DNA of 64,000 nt from Welwitschia mirabilis (lineage: Eukaryota). Below, one piece after another: positions 14,010 through 28,480 of this stretch. The stretch spans positions 39,284,609-39,348,608 of the forward strand of contig JBOZIK010000001.1 of assembly GCA_051453625.1 (NCBI GenBank), written 5' to 3'. The notes under the pieces were generated by a model. The model worked only from the letters and a program-made list of their open reading frames with translations. It had not been told where the DNA came from and searched no databases. The position numbers and the translations under genes are program-made. Position 1 is the stretch's first letter. Every line of letters begins with the position of its first letter.

Positions 14010-15334
14010 TATATTTAAACAAGTTGAGATAGAATTTTGATGATTATGAAGAGCTAATGGGATGGTCACAGAAACATGTAATTCTTAATGTATTTGAATA
14101 TATTTCAAACAAATTTTGATACTTAGCACTTTAAGAAGAAGATCAATAATCCAATAGGTTGATTTGTCTTAACTGAAGAGCTTAAGAAGAATATCGTTCC
14201 TTTCATTTTCTAGAAGATAATCAGGATGAAAGTGATGCTTACATGAACTAAAGTTATGAGGCTGACTGCGGATCTACAAATTAATGAGTCATCTTCTATT
14301 ATGGGCATCATCCTTATAGTCTTCTGGATGACATGTAGGATAACAACTATTTTGTATGAACAAATTAAATTATCTCTATAATGATGTCATGTGTCCTATG
14401 TGGGATAATAGGATTTCATCTCCAAGTTTTAGGGTTTTGCGTTTAGACTTGTTAATGTAAAATTATAAATATGCCCCTTACCTTTATTTTCAATTTCATC
14501 TTCTACACTAAAAAGTCCTATGATAAGAGATTGAAGGACAAGAGATCCATCGTATACTATAGAGAGAATTCTTCCTTGGTGTTGGACTATGATTCCTCCA
14601 TTAAGGCCCTGCTACTTTATAAGTGGATGTTTGTTTGAGATTAATAAAAGATTCTTATTCTTCTATTATACACATATCTCTTATGGTTTAAGTTGGTTAT
14701 GATTCTATGACAATTTCATAATTGATCTACATCATATGAGCAACCTTTGTTAAGGTTGACACTATTAGTTTAGATCTTTTATTTTATTTCATATTGCATT
14801 TTTATAATTGCATATTCTATTTAATGTATCTTTTAGCTTATATTTGTTAGGATTAAGTGATAGTTTTCCTAATTGGTCTAAGTTATAAGGGCTAATCTTG
14901 ATGACAAAAATATTAGGAGTCAAATAGATTTATTACTCATTGCATTTTCATTCATCTTGTATTGTATATTTGCATTGTTCTTGTTTTATTTATTTGAAAG
15001 GGAAAAAATTAAAAATACTTTGTCAAAATCAATTCTCTAACATCTATCCTAGTTCCTTCAATGGATTACAACATTTGGATAAACTCCCCTCTATATGAGT
15101 GTGTGTTTTTCTTAAGCATTTATGACTTATTGGATTTTCTTAAGGACTTAAGGATTACATAAATTCACACTGCAACATACTACAATAAAGTTTTCTATCC
15201 TAAGAAATTAATAAAAAATAAAATAGTCATTCAAGATTAAATATTCTCTATTTATAGCCATTTCATTGCATTAAACCATTCCAAATAGCTATCTTATTAG
15301 GGTAAAAACTAAAAAGACCTTACAAGTATAGAAG
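14010..15334 (+). repeat. Gap-flanking duplicate of 12586-13909 (3' LTR plus junction)
   Basis: Colinear copy including the same LTR end and TACTA (15178-15182), right after a 100-N gap. Confidence 0.9.
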
Positions 15335-16269
15335 AGGAAAGGGTTACTCATTTGGGTAATTAGAACTAAATAAACAAACATCTATATTCTTGATGAAGAA
15401 ACTTATTTCCTAAAGACAGTGCTTAATATTTAGCACTTCCACTATTGCATAACTCTGATCTTGAATATTTGTGGTGATTACTTCAAGGATAACTCAATCT
15501 ACCATGAATAAGACACCATTTTAGATTTGTTGTTTATTCCTTGTATTGTCTATTAGCACTTCATTATATGACTTTTAGATTAGTAAATTCAGTCATTTTA
15601 TTTCATAAATTTTAATCATCTTCTTTACTAGGATCCCTTGCTTGGGAATTCCAAAGTATAAGGTGATCCTTATACAAGTGTATTTCTTTGAATGCTTGAG
15701 AGCACAATTGATACTTGATCTATTGTAATCCCTAAGGGGAAAAGAGTGCTACATTATGAGGAGAAACTTATTTGTATGTAAGTTTTGTGGTTCTTCAAAA
15801 CCACTATTTTTTCACATTAAATATATTTAGAGGGTAAAGGGAAGCTACTCTCTGAGTGTGAACGTACCTAGGTGAGGGAATCACATTAAATCATTAAGGT
15901 CTTCATTGTGCATTTTAATTATTTTCTATTGTGAACTTCTAATTGGTGAAACTCATTTACCCCTTTCCTCTGAGTTCAATCATCCTTAATAGAAGTTTAT
16001 CTAGGTTTTTCTAAGTAGTTCAATTACTTTAAAATATTAACTAATAAGAATTATTCAAGTTGAGATGTTACAATTATCAAAGAAGGATACCACCATTTTT
16101 ACACTTCGTAAAGGACATATTAACATCCTCTAAAGGCCTAAACTTGATGACTTTTTTATTTGTAACTTATACACAATTCAAGGTTGCTAATGTTGTTGTT
16201 TATAAACTTATTTTTGACTATTATACTTCAAGTGTAATAGTCTGGGTTTGTCTTTAAGGTGAAAGTTAT

Positions 16270-19200
16270 GATAATGCTACAGACTAAGTTAGAGTCGAAG
16301 GAGTTTGTACATGTGATATGCATGATATTTGTATTTTTTAAATAAACATTACACTCATTAATGTTTACATCATTACCTTCATCTTATATATCATAGCAAC
16401 TTATTCTTGAGAAAATGCTACTTACTTATTGGGCCTTGGTGGCCTTTTTTTAAAAGCAACTAATTATACAAAAATCCTAAAGAATCCTTTAGGAGTTTCA
16501 TTCCAAATTTTTTTACTACTATAAATTCCATGTGTTGCCTTACATAATTGTTTAAAACCTTAATAAATATTTGTAATAATTATTGTAATTGAAACCCATG
16601 ATTAAGATTTTGCTAATAGAGGCTACAAGATCTCTTATAATCCTTTTGTTCCTTCTATTGAAAACTCATAAGTGCTTTTCCTTGGATATATAATTTTTCA
16701 TTAGAAAAAGACTTTCTCATGAAGGCATCCTTAAATTCATCTAACTAGAAGTTAATCTTATCTTTTAAGATTATTCTAAATTCAATCATCTTTATTTTGT
16801 TTATAACTACAAGTGCTATAAGACCTAATGTATTTTCAAAATCTATTAGATGAGTCATGCGACCATCAATGTCTTAGTAATAAAAAGAGGATAGTAATTT
16901 TACATTTCTAACTTTTACATCTAGTCTAGGTGGAAATACTAAGGTCTATATCTAATTCATCCTCATTATTTTAAATCATTAAGAGTTTATCCTAATGATG
17001 CTGCATTTGGAAGGTTTTAGGCTCTAAAGTTTTTAAAGTAGGCTTATGGTCTAGGAGCTTTCCTAATTGGGGTTTACTACAAGTAGGATGGTATAGTTGG
17101 TTATCCAAGTTGTACTAATGGATTCCATTATGACATTTAGACAAGGTATTGTAAGAGGTTGTGGTATAGCATTATAGTAATCTTAAAAAGTGGATTCTAC
17201 TATAGGTGTAATTTGTAATATGTTTCTTATTGCTACACTAAGTGGTCGACTAAAATTTAATGAATGCATTCAATTAGAAAATAATTTCAATGATCTTGTA
17301 ATGGGTAATGTTGGTGTAGAAGTCGGATTTAAATTATAATTAACACCTCAACTCAAATTAAAGAAAAGTAAAAAAAACTATGTCTTAAGTAGAAAAGGGT
17401 CAAGTCATGTGTTGATCATTTTTGAATTTAGGCATCATGTTAACATTAGCTACAGTATAGTAGAAATCATATTATTGGTTGTATAAATCTTATTGCCAAC
17501 TCTTATAGAATTCTTGGATTTAACTATTAATACAATCTAGTGTTGACATAGTAGTTGACATTTTAATTCTATTTAGAATGTCTTTATTTTTTAAAGTCTC
17601 CTCTTTTATGTGAAATGACTTAAAAGTAATCATAGAAGGACCATCATGAATTGAGTTTCTATTACATATTTTGTTTACCTTTCCAAGATAAGTTGGTTGT
17701 CAAAGTAACGTAGGTATTCCTATCCTTTGTTCTTGAGTTAAATTGGGCATTGATGGACTTATTAAATAGCTACACTCCTCTACTTCAAATTCATTTCTTT
17801 TTGACACATAAAGCAATTCCTAAGGTGGATATGAAATAGTTCCTCTATGAGACATGGTTGTTCTGGAAATTTCTAAATCCTCTACTACTCCTTTGAAATT
17901 TAAAGAGTAACACTTAGTTTCTTAACACAAAATGTGTTTCTCCCATTATTCAATTTTGTTAAACTAAATTTGATGTTTAAAAAGGTTCTTTAAGTAAAAT
18001 TAAAAGAGACACTAATTTATTTTTAAAATAAAGAAGTCATAAAATAAAATTAGATTTACCTTATAGCACTTTTAAACCTCTCATTTATATTATATTAACT
18101 AGTAATATCTTCTTTAAATCATAGAGTTATAGGTTCTAATTGTTGTTCCTCAACTTTAAACTGAATGAATGTTCTATCAATGTTATCCTAGTATTTAATA
18201 TTATTTAATTAAGAGGTTGTGGACATAATGATTATGCCTTATATTAATGATATTTTTTCTCTTGTTTTTTCAAGTTAAGGACTTGTATAAATCAAGTATT
18301 GAAATGTGGTGGACTCAATGATTATGTTTTTTTGTAACGATATTCTTTCTTTTATTGTTTCAAGCTAAGGGTTTGCATGAATCATATGTTGAGAGGTTAA
18401 ATCTTTATTTCATATTGGTTTCTTCCCAAATTTCTCTTGAAGTTTAACCATTTATAATACTTATAACATATAAGACAGTGTATGAATAAATCATAAAAAG
18501 TATCATCCTAATCTTGCTTTTTTTAAGAATTCCTTTCCCTTTTACTTTCTTGAGTTACTATACATATCAAGAATGGTAACCTACAGTACTTTGTTTATAA
18601 TAACAACTTGTTTAAATGGACTTAGAAAGGCTAGGTATACTTACCTAGATCCTAATGTTTAATGTATTCTACTTTCAATGATCTTGACATGTGCTTTCTT
18701 TTGAGGTCTTTAGATCTTCTAGGTATGTACTTCTTAAGATAAAGGAGGTAATTAGTCTTTTTTAAATTTTTAATTTATTTTTAATTTTATTAAAAGGGAT
18801 AATACTAGTAATGATAAAAGAATAAAATGATATATTAATAAAAGACTGGAAGTAAAATTAAAGTAAAATCAAAGAAAGGGATAAAATAAAGTTAAAAATT
18901 CATAAAATGAATGAAAGAAAACAAAGGAAAATACAAAAAGAAAATGAAAGGTACTAAATAAAGGTATAAAAGGTTATAAGAAATTAAAAAAAATTGAAAC
19001 TATAAAAATTCAAAACAAAAATAAAATAAGAAAGAAAGAGTTTAGACATGAAAAACTAAAAATAAACAAGGACTTACTCAACATAAACCAAGATTTCAAA
19101 TCAATAATGTTTTCCTAGTAATAATGCCAGAAAGTAATGGTGTTGAGAAATAAGCTAAGATAATCATGATTTATTCATAATATCTGTAGAATATTTGAGA

Positions 19201-20726
19201 TGTGAATTTAAAATAATAAAAACTAGGATTAAGTTAATTATATATGATTAATTATCTTTTCTAACCTATTAAATATAATAACTTAAATGAAACTCAACTA
19301 TCATTGTCAAAAAGAAAATCAAAAACAGAAATTGATTTCAATATTTACATACATCTTAAAAAAGATAAATAATTTTAATACTATAATGCTAATAGTCTCT
19401 TATTCTACTAATAATGTATTAAAGTATAGATGCTTATAAACTACTCCCTTCTGTAACTGTGAAAATACCACTTATCATGAAATAAAAGATAAAATATAAT
19501 TTACATTAANNNNNNNNNNNNNNNNNNNNNNNNNNNNNNNNNNNNNNNNNNNNNNNNNNNNNNNNNNNNNNNNNNNNNNNNNNNNNNNNNNNNNNNNNNN
19601 NNNNNNNNNAAGGGATAAAATAAAGTTAAAAATTAATAAAATGAATGAAAGAAAACAAAGGAAAATATAAAAAGGAAATGAAAGGTACTCAATAAAGGTA
19701 TAAAAGGTTATAAGAAATTAAAAAAATTGAAACTATAAAAATCGAAAACAAAAATAGAATAAGAAAGAAAGGGTTTAGACATCAAAAACCAAAAAGAAAT
19801 AAGGACTTACTCAACATAACCCAAGATTTCAAATCAACAACGATTTTCTAGTAATAATGCCAGAAAGTAATGGTGTTGAGAAATAAGCTAAGCTAATCAT
19901 GATTTATCTATAATATCTGTAGAATATTTGAGATGTGAATTCAAAATAATAAAAACTAGGATTAAGTTAATTATATATGATTAATTATTTTTTAACCTAT
20001 TAAGTATAATAACTTAAATGAAATTCAACTATCATTGTGAAAAAGAAAATCAAAAACAGAAATTGATTTCAACATTTACATACATCTTAAAAAAATATGA
20101 ATAATATTAATACTATAATGCTAATAGTCTCTTATTCTACTAACAATGTAATTAAAGTATAGATGCTTATAAACTACTCCCTTCTGTAACTGTGAAAATA
20201 TCACTTGTCATAGAACAAAAGATAAAATATAATTTACATTAAGAATTGCGTCATCCATTAACTATTTATATGCATGAAAACTTGATATAAAATGAAATAA
20301 GAAGTGGAAAAAACTAAGGAGGATGAAATGAAATAAACTTTCAGGGGTTTGAATTACTTCTTAAATGATGGAAATTAGTGCCTTTACCTTTTCTTTTGTA
20401 TTTGTATTTTTAGCTATATCTATTCACATTTAATTCTTGAATCAATTGAATATTTTCTTAGCTCACAAATTGTGAAATTAGAATGAATATGATTATACAC
20501 GCCAAAAAGTGATAGGATCCTAGCTCTTTTATGTAAATATCTTTTTCACCTTCTTAAATTAATACTAAATGACCTTTCCTATATCTCCTTCTTGCATACA
20601 CTTATGTAAAATTACTACTAAAAAACCACAATATTGTTCTCTAACTATGCAATTACCTATGCATATTGCAAAACAATCAAATTAAAATATAATTCTACTA
20701 ATGAATAAAGTCAATTAACTTATTCA
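16270..20726 (-). mobile_element. Decayed Athila/Tat-type gypsy fragment: LTR (~19135-20726), PBS, leader and gag remnant
   Basis: Minus-strand tttctggcattattactaggaaa (19111-19133) resembles the TGGCGCCGTTGCCGGGGA PBS; minus strand near 16715-16750 reads ...DEFKDAFMRK, like the retrotransposon gag SW..L...F...F motif. Confidence 0.5.
19610..20242 (+). repeat. Gap-flanking duplicate of 18876-19509
   Basis: Colinear near-identical copy across a 100-N gap. Confidence 0.9.
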
Positions 20727-21479
20727 TTTTGTTGGATAAATAGTAATGCCATTTTTATATTAGAAATAGTATGGTTAATATTATATTTCATATACCTTAA
20801 CACATTGATTAGTGTAATATTTTCTAAAATTCTTGATTGGTAGTTTTAATGTGTTTCCAATTTGTTAATATATTTACAATATAAATAAGCCTGTTTAAAA
20901 AATAATAAACATTTTATTAAAAATGAATACATTCATTATTAAATATTATTAAATATAATGTACCATACATATGATACTGTATGTTAAAGAATACAAAATA
21001 AAATGATTCCAATATGATAAAAATATTTCTTTAAACCTAATAAAACAGTTCCTCTTTGGGATTTATTATAAGTATTATAATTTGCTTAAAAATAATCAAA
21101 ATAAAATTACTAAAGATAATGATTATTGAAATACTATCAAATAAATTCTTTACTTAATTTTCAATTACACTAAATAACATATACAATTATGTGAAGAATT
21201 CATTAGCACATAAATGTTAAACAGTTACATGTAATAAAACTTAATTAATTATCAAAATAATTTCAAATGTATAATATCTCAAAAACTAAAGAAAGTAAAC
21301 ATTATGAATTGAGATTTTAATTATATTAACTATAATTTTTTATACATATGAAACATTAATGTTAATTTAACTTGTATATATCATAATGTAAGTTTTGAAA
21401 CTAAAACAAAGAATAAGTATACATATAATCATAAATATGACTTTAAAAAAGTAAAAAAAAAAATACTTTTGACTAATCT

Positions 21480-22290
21480 ATAGTCAACGTTATATACATT
21501 GCTCTATGTTAATAGTTATGCAATCATGACTTTCATAAGGTTAAATGCCTTAAATTATAATGATTACTATGTAACTATAAATTTAGTTAAACTTAGAATT
21601 ATTACACTATAGTAATAATTATCGAACCATAACTTTAGTCAAAGTCAGATACCTTACACTACATTAATAATCATGCAATTATGAATTTAGTTAAGGCTAT
21701 ACATCATACTAAGAATACACCAAAATATGTATTTAAAATCTTTAACTTTGCACTATGGTGATAGTTATGTAAATATGTCTTTAGTCAAGACAAAGTACAT
21801 TGCACTTAAGTGATAAATGCATAACCATAACCTTAGTCAAAGTTATATAACTTATACTAAGTTAACAATTGTGCAATCATGACTTTAGTCAAAGTTAGAT
21901 ATTTTTTAAACTATACTAATGGTAATGAGAAAATGATTTAGGTTAAGTTCAAATAGTATGTTAGGAATAAACTAAAATATGTAACTCAAAACTTTCCCTT
22001 TATGTTATGATGATAATTATATAACTATGACTTTAGTTAATATTAAATATGTTTTACTAAGATGATAAATGTGCAACTATGACTTTAGTCAAAGTTTCAT
22101 GCCTTGTATTAAGATAATAGTAATGTAACCATAACTTTAGTTAATGTTTAATATGTTGCATTAAAATGATATATATGTAATCATGACTTTAATTAAGGCT
22201 ACACATCTTACACTAAGCTAGTGATTATGCAACTATAACTATAATCATAGTTAAATTCTATGATAGTGATTAAACCAAATGGTATGAACT
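21480..22290. repeat. 52-bp minisatellite with palindromic TGACT-TT-AGTCA core
   Basis: Core at ~21526, 21577, 21629, 21681, 21775, 21827, 21879, 21933, 22027, 22079, 22131 and 22183; partly repeated at ~23860-24290. Confidence 0.85.
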
Positions 22291-23776
22291 ATAATTATAC
22301 CACTATAGTGATTTTCATAGACTGTTTAGCACTATGCATTCATAAACTTAAACTTTATAAGATGGATAATAGACTTATACTTGGAAATGTAACTTCATGA
22401 ATTGGATTAATATATACACTTGGAGGTCTTATAGGCATGTAATAAAAATGATTACATATTATTCATATAATGAAAACTATTATAGAACAAAGATTGATTA
22501 TTATGTTTTTAACTATTTGTAGACACATTTTAACCTATGTATCTTTTTGATTTTCTTATAATTTGAATATTCTAAAAATGAAATTAAATTTACTAAATAT
22601 TTTCAAAGAGATGTCAATGTTTCCTTAGAGTCTTTCTATTCACATGGATTCTTGATTGTATAGACTTCTATAGTGGTATGCATCAAAATACCTTATGCTA
22701 AAAATAATGTGATTTATGAAAAATAACTTTAAAAAAATTAAAAATATAACATAGTAATTATGGATAAGAAAAGAATAAGAAAATCAAGTAATTCAGTCAT
22801 AAGCATTGTGTTTAAGTGATAATGTGAAATGTTTTGTGTTTGAGGGTCTTATAACATCCATGAAATTACACATTATAAAGAGTCTTGCAGCATCAAAAAA
22901 GCTATATTAGTGTTTTGTATTAATTAATGCTTTTATTATTACATATTCAAATGATAAATTAAGTAATAAGCTGAAACCTTCATTTGAAACAATCACATCA
23001 TTTAAAGACACTCATTCTCAAATCCTTATAGATAATCAATCTTTTATAATAGAAATCTAATAGCTTTTATTAATTTAAATGATTTAACTATTGTAGCCTA
23101 AAGAGATTTGATTAAGGAATTAATTTTTTAAATTTTGGTTTTACATTTTGTTTCTCATGTTTTAAATCTTTTCAAAGATCTTGAATTCCATTCCTTTTTT
23201 CCCTTTAAAGGTCATTTTCTCACAAATTTAAATTTAAATTAAATATTACTTTTTTAAGTCTTTTTTCATTATAAACTATAAGATAGTTAAAAATTTAAAA
23301 AACAATTCCATGAAATTAAAGCAATAAAAATAATAAATTGATAAATTAAAACCAATCATTCTAAACTAATAAATTTTATAAGAATAAGTATAATAAAGAT
23401 GATAGATAAGTTTTATTAATTTGATTGATACATAAAGATCACTTTATTAAATATATTATATAGTCACTAAAATAATTATATATATTATACTAATATGTAT
23501 TATATAGGGGGGAAAAGATACCATGTTTAAATGTTACAAAACATTAAGCTAAAGACAAAAACCACTACACATAACATGTCAAGAATCAAACTTTATGATG
23601 CTTTTTTCAAATCAATGCATGACATATTATAAATATAAAGTGAAAAATTATTTAGAAGGAAAATTATTTATATAGTNNNNNNNNNNNNNNNNNNNNNNNN
23701 NNNNNNNNNNNNNNNNNNNNNNNNNNNNNNNNNNNNNNNNNNNNNNNNNNNNNNNNNNNNNNNNNNNNNNNNNNNN

Positions 23777-23856
23777 AACTAAGCATTTATCTATCAATTC
23801 ACCTGCAAAACAACTCAAAATACCCTATCAAATACACATAAGTTGGCAACGCAACA
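23777..23856 (-). mobile_element. LTR 5' terminus of the same family as the 7892-13751 element, running into the gap
   Basis: Reverse complement tgttgcgttgccaacttatgtgtatttgatagggtattttgag aligns with the LTR starts at 12533 (tgttctaatgcaaaattatatgtatttgataggg) and 7892. Confidence 0.8.
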
Positions 23857-25733
23857 ATCTTATACTAAGTTAACAATTTTGCAATCATGACTTTAGTCAA
23901 AGTTAGATATTTTTTAAACTATACTAATAGTAATGAGAAAATGATTTGAGTTAAGTTCAAATAGTATGTTAGGAATAAATTAAAAGATGTAACTCAAAAC
24001 TTTCCCTTTACGTTATGATGATAATTATATAACTATGACTTTAGTTAAGATTAAATATTTTTCACTAAGATGATAAATGTGCAACTATGACTTTAGTCAA
24101 AGTTTCATGCCTTGCATTAAGATAATAGTAATGTAACCATAACTTTAGTTAATGTTTAATATGTTGCATTAAAATGATATATATGTAATTATGACTTTAA
24201 TTAAGGCTACACATCTTACACTAAGCTAATGATTATGTAACTCTAACTACAATCATAGTTAAATTATACAATAGTGATTAAACCAAATGGTATGAACTAT
24301 AATTATACCACTATAGTGATTTGCATAGACCATTTAGCACTATGCATTCATAAACATAAACTTTATAAGATGGATAATAGACGTAGACTTGAAAATGTAA
24401 CTTCATGAATTAGATTAATATATACACTTGGAGGTCTTATAGGCATATAATAAAAATGATTACATATTATTCATGTAAAAAATTATTATAGAACAAAGAT
24501 TTATAATTATGTTTTTAATTATTTGTAGACACATTTTAACCTATGTATCTTTTTGGTTTTCTTATAATTTGAATATTCTAAAAATAAAATTAAATTTACT
24601 AAATATTTTCAAAGAGATGTTAATGTTTCCTTAGAGTCTTTCTATTCACATTGATTATTGATTGTATAGAATTCTACAGTGATATGCACCAAAATACCTT
24701 ATGCTAAAAATAATGTGATTTATGAAAAATAACTTTAAAAAACATTAAAAATATAACATAGTAATTATGAATAAGAAAAGAGTAAGAAAATCAAGTAATT
24801 AAGTCATAAGCATTATGTTTGAGTAATAATGTGAAATGTTTTGCATTTGAGAGTCTTATAACATCCATGAAATTACACGTTATTAAGAGTCTTGTAGCAT
24901 CAAAAAAGCTATAATAGTGTTTTGTATCAATTAATGCTTTTATTATTACAGATTCAAATGATAAATTAAGTAATAAGCTGAAACCTTCATTTGAAACAGT
25001 CAAATCATTTAAAGACACTCATTCTCAAATCCTTGTAGACAATCAATCTTTTATAATAGAAATCTAATAGCTTTCTAATAGCTTTTATTAATTTAAATGA
25101 TTTAACTATTGTAGCCTAAAGAGATTTGATTAAGAAATTAATTTTTTTAGTTTTAACATTTTGTTTCTCATGTTTTAAATCTTTTCAAAGATCTTGAATT
25201 CCATTCCTTTTTTCCCTCCAAAAGTCATTTTCTCACAAATTTAAATTTAAATCAAATATTACTTTTTTAAGTCTTTTTTCATTATAAACTATAAGATAGT
25301 CAAAAATTTAAAAAATAATTCCATGAAATTAAAGCAGTAAAAATAATAAAGTGATAAATTAAAATCAATCATTCTAAACTAATAAATTTTGTAAGAATAA
25401 GTATAATAAAGATGATAGATAAATGTCAAAAGAAAATGATTAAATAAAATATTAGAGATAAATAAGGTTTATTAATTTGATTGATATATGTAAAGATCAC
25501 TTTATTAAATATATTATATAGTCATTAAAATAATTATATATTATACTAATATGTATTGTATAGGGAAAAAAAGATACCATGTTTAAATGTTACAAAACAT
25601 TAAGCTAAAGGCAAAAACCACTACATATAACATGTCAAGAATCAAACTTTATAATGCTTTTTTCAAATCAATGAATGACATATTATAAATATAAAGTGAA
25701 AAAATCATTTTAAAGGAAAATTATTTATATAGT
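23857..25733 (+). repeat. Gap-flanking duplicate of ~21849-23676
   Basis: Colinear over ~1.85 kb with substitutions and small indels (e.g. ~40 extra bp at ~25423-25465). Confidence 0.9.
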
Positions 25734-26377
25734 AATTGGTAAATAAATGCAAAATTCCCATGATCTTAATATTATAATAAAATAAATAACTGAGTTTTAA
25801 AAAAAAATCTTTAGTTTGATCAAGTGATAAAGATAAAATGAAATTAATTAATAAATAACTCTTTTTCCTCCCTCAATCATGAGAAATACAAAAATATAAT
25901 ATACTTTTCTATAATACAAAACAAATTAAAAATAAAGCAATAAATTAAAATCAATTATTTTAAATAGACATATAATATAAGAATGAAAATTATATAAGAA
26001 AGTTGACGTTTATACATCAAAGAAAACAACTAAATAAAATCAAATAGAAATAAAAGCTATTTATTAACAATTAAATAATCTACTAATATGTATTATATAA
26101 GGAAAAATATCATATCTAAATATTATAAAATACAAATTAAAGGTTTTAAAAAAACTCCAATTAGCATATAAGAGTTTAACCCTTATAATGGCCTTTTTGA
26201 AGTAATATAATACTTTTGTAATAGAGTCTTCTAAGAAAACTCTATCAAATTTTCTATGTAAAAATAGTAGTCATAGTTAGGTATGTAAAGCCTAATTATT
26301 TAATATGTAAAAGTAGTATCCATTTTGCTAAAGTAGTATTATACTCTTACAACAATATATTTTAAAAAACTCCACTA

Positions 26378-26527
26378 AAATTTCTATTTATATATTTTTC
26401 TTTTTCATTACTTGTTACGATCTCAAGAATATCATTTTCTATTTTCCATCTAAATTTCTATTTATATATTTTTCTTTTTTATTACTTACTATGATCTCAA
26501 GAATATCATTTTCTATTTTCCATCTAA
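26378..26527. repeat. Tandem duplication of a ~74-bp unit
   Basis: aaatttctatttatatatttttc...gatctcaagaatatcattttctattttccatct occurs twice in tandem. Confidence 0.9.
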
Positions 26528-26579
26528 TAACAAAGCTTATATAATTGTTTAATGAGTATCAAAGTGCATGTAGATTCTC

Positions 26580-28480
26580 TAAATTAATCAAGTTAAAATA
26601 GGATCAAATTAATTAAAGTTATTTAGACATAAGCAAGCTTTATCCAATGACATGAAATTGGTTAAACTAGGTCAAGTAAGTTGAAACAAGATCATTTTGA
26701 TAAAACATGTTCAAACTTGATCAAATGATGTTAAATTAGGTAAAGTAGGCTAAACAATTTGAAACGTGATCAAAATGGTTAAACTTGACTAAATATGATC
26801 AAATTAGATCAAGTGATGTCTAAAAGATCAAGCAAGATCAAACTAGGGTGATCAAGTTTAAATAAGATCAAACTGGTTAAATTTAGTAAAATTAGGTCAA
26901 ACATGATCAAACATGATCTAATGATATCTAATTTGTTAAAAAGGATTAAACGGTGTCTAATTGGTCAAACTAGGTCAAGTGAGTTAAAATAAGATCAAGC
27001 TACATAGACCAAGTTTAAACAAGGTAAACTAGTTAAACTTAATTAAATTAGGTCAAACATGATCAAATATGATCTAATGATGTCTAATTGATTAAACAAT
27101 ATTAAATGACATTAATTGGTTAAACTAGGTCAAGCAAGTTAAAAAAGGTCAAATTAGTTAACCTCAGTCAAATTGTTTCAAAAAAATGCAAAGAATATCA
27201 AATGATATCTAATAGATCAAACTAGGTAAAAGTAGGCTAAACTATGTCAAATGTAATAAACTTGGTCAAACTACATTAAGCATAGTGAAATGATATTAAA
27301 TATAGTAAACTAAGTTAGACTAGATCAAGTACGTTAAAACTAGATCAAACTATGTCATAAGATCAAATTTGTGAAATGTGGGGAAACCAGGTTAAACTAG
27401 CTAAACTCAGTCAAACATAGTAAAGAAATATCTAATAATGTCTAATTGACCAAATTAGGGAAAAGTAGATCAAACTAGATCAAACATGATTCAACTAGGT
27501 CAATCATGATAAAATGATAGCAAATACATCACACTAAGTTAAATTAGGTTGAGTAAGTTAAAACATGACCAAACTAAATCAGATCAGGTCAAGCAAGTTG
27601 AAACTAGATCAAACATGATCAAACTTAATCAAGCTAATAAAATTTAGTTCAAAAAAGATCAAATGATGTTTAATTAATTAAACTACATCAAACATGGTAA
27701 AATGAAAAGGAGAACAAATTAGATTACATTAGGCCATGCAAGTTGAAAGGGGGTCATATAGGTCAAAATAGCTTGAATAAGATCAAACTAACCAGACTTT
27801 GTCAAATACGATTCAAGGATGCCTCCTTTATCAAACTAGATCAAACTGAATCAAATTATGTAAAATTAGTAAAACTCAATTAAACATAGTAAAACAAGAT
27901 TAAATGATGTCTAATTAGTAGATATAAGTATGTCAAACTAGATCAGATGTGGTCAAACCAGATCAAATATCACAAAATGATATCAAATATATTAAACTAG
28001 ATCAGGCTAGGTTCAGTAAGTAAAACCTAGATCAAACTAGGTTACACTAAGTTAAGAAAGAAAAAATTAGATTAAACATGATCAAAAAAGATTAAGTAAT
28101 GTCTGTTAATCATACTAGGTAACACTAGATCAAACTTAATGAAATGATATAAAGTAAATTAAATTAGATCAAATTAGAATAAGCAAGTTGAAATGAGGTT
28201 GTATTAGGTCAAGCTAGATTAAACAAGGTCAAACTAAACAAACTTAGTCAAAGGTAGTCAAACAAGATTAAATTATGCCTAATTGATTAAACTAGATCAA
28301 AGTAGATTAAACTAAATCAAACTCAATCAAGCTAGGTTAAAATAAATGAAAGATAGTGAATTAATATCAAATAGATCAAACTAGGTCATACTAGATTGAG
28401 AAAGTTAGAGTAAGGTTACACTAGATTATGCTAGAGTAAGGTTACACTAGATTATGCTAGAGTAAGGTTACACTAGATTA
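26580..28480. repeat. Degenerate satellite of ~10-bp AAACTAGATC/AAACTAGGTC units (left arm)
   Basis: Dense gatcaaactag/ggtcaaacatg variants with a recurring aaatgatgtctaatt landmark. Confidence 0.9.

Larger units (their letters stand above)
7273..15991 (+). mobile_element. SIRE-like 3' LTR, interrupted by the 7892-13751 element and by a gap-flanking duplicate
   Basis: Starts after the PPT; contains aagacatct/agatgtct subrepeats (7480-7870); resumes after TSD TACTA and ends near actcatttacccctttcctct (~15951-15971), resembling the copia U5 motif ATTCACCCCCCTCT. Confidence 0.5.

Noticed and set aside
21480..22290. CRISPR-like regular repeats with a palindromic core
   Set aside because: Inter-core sequences are homologous to each other rather than unique spacers, there are no cas genes, and the context is eukaryotic TE DNA.
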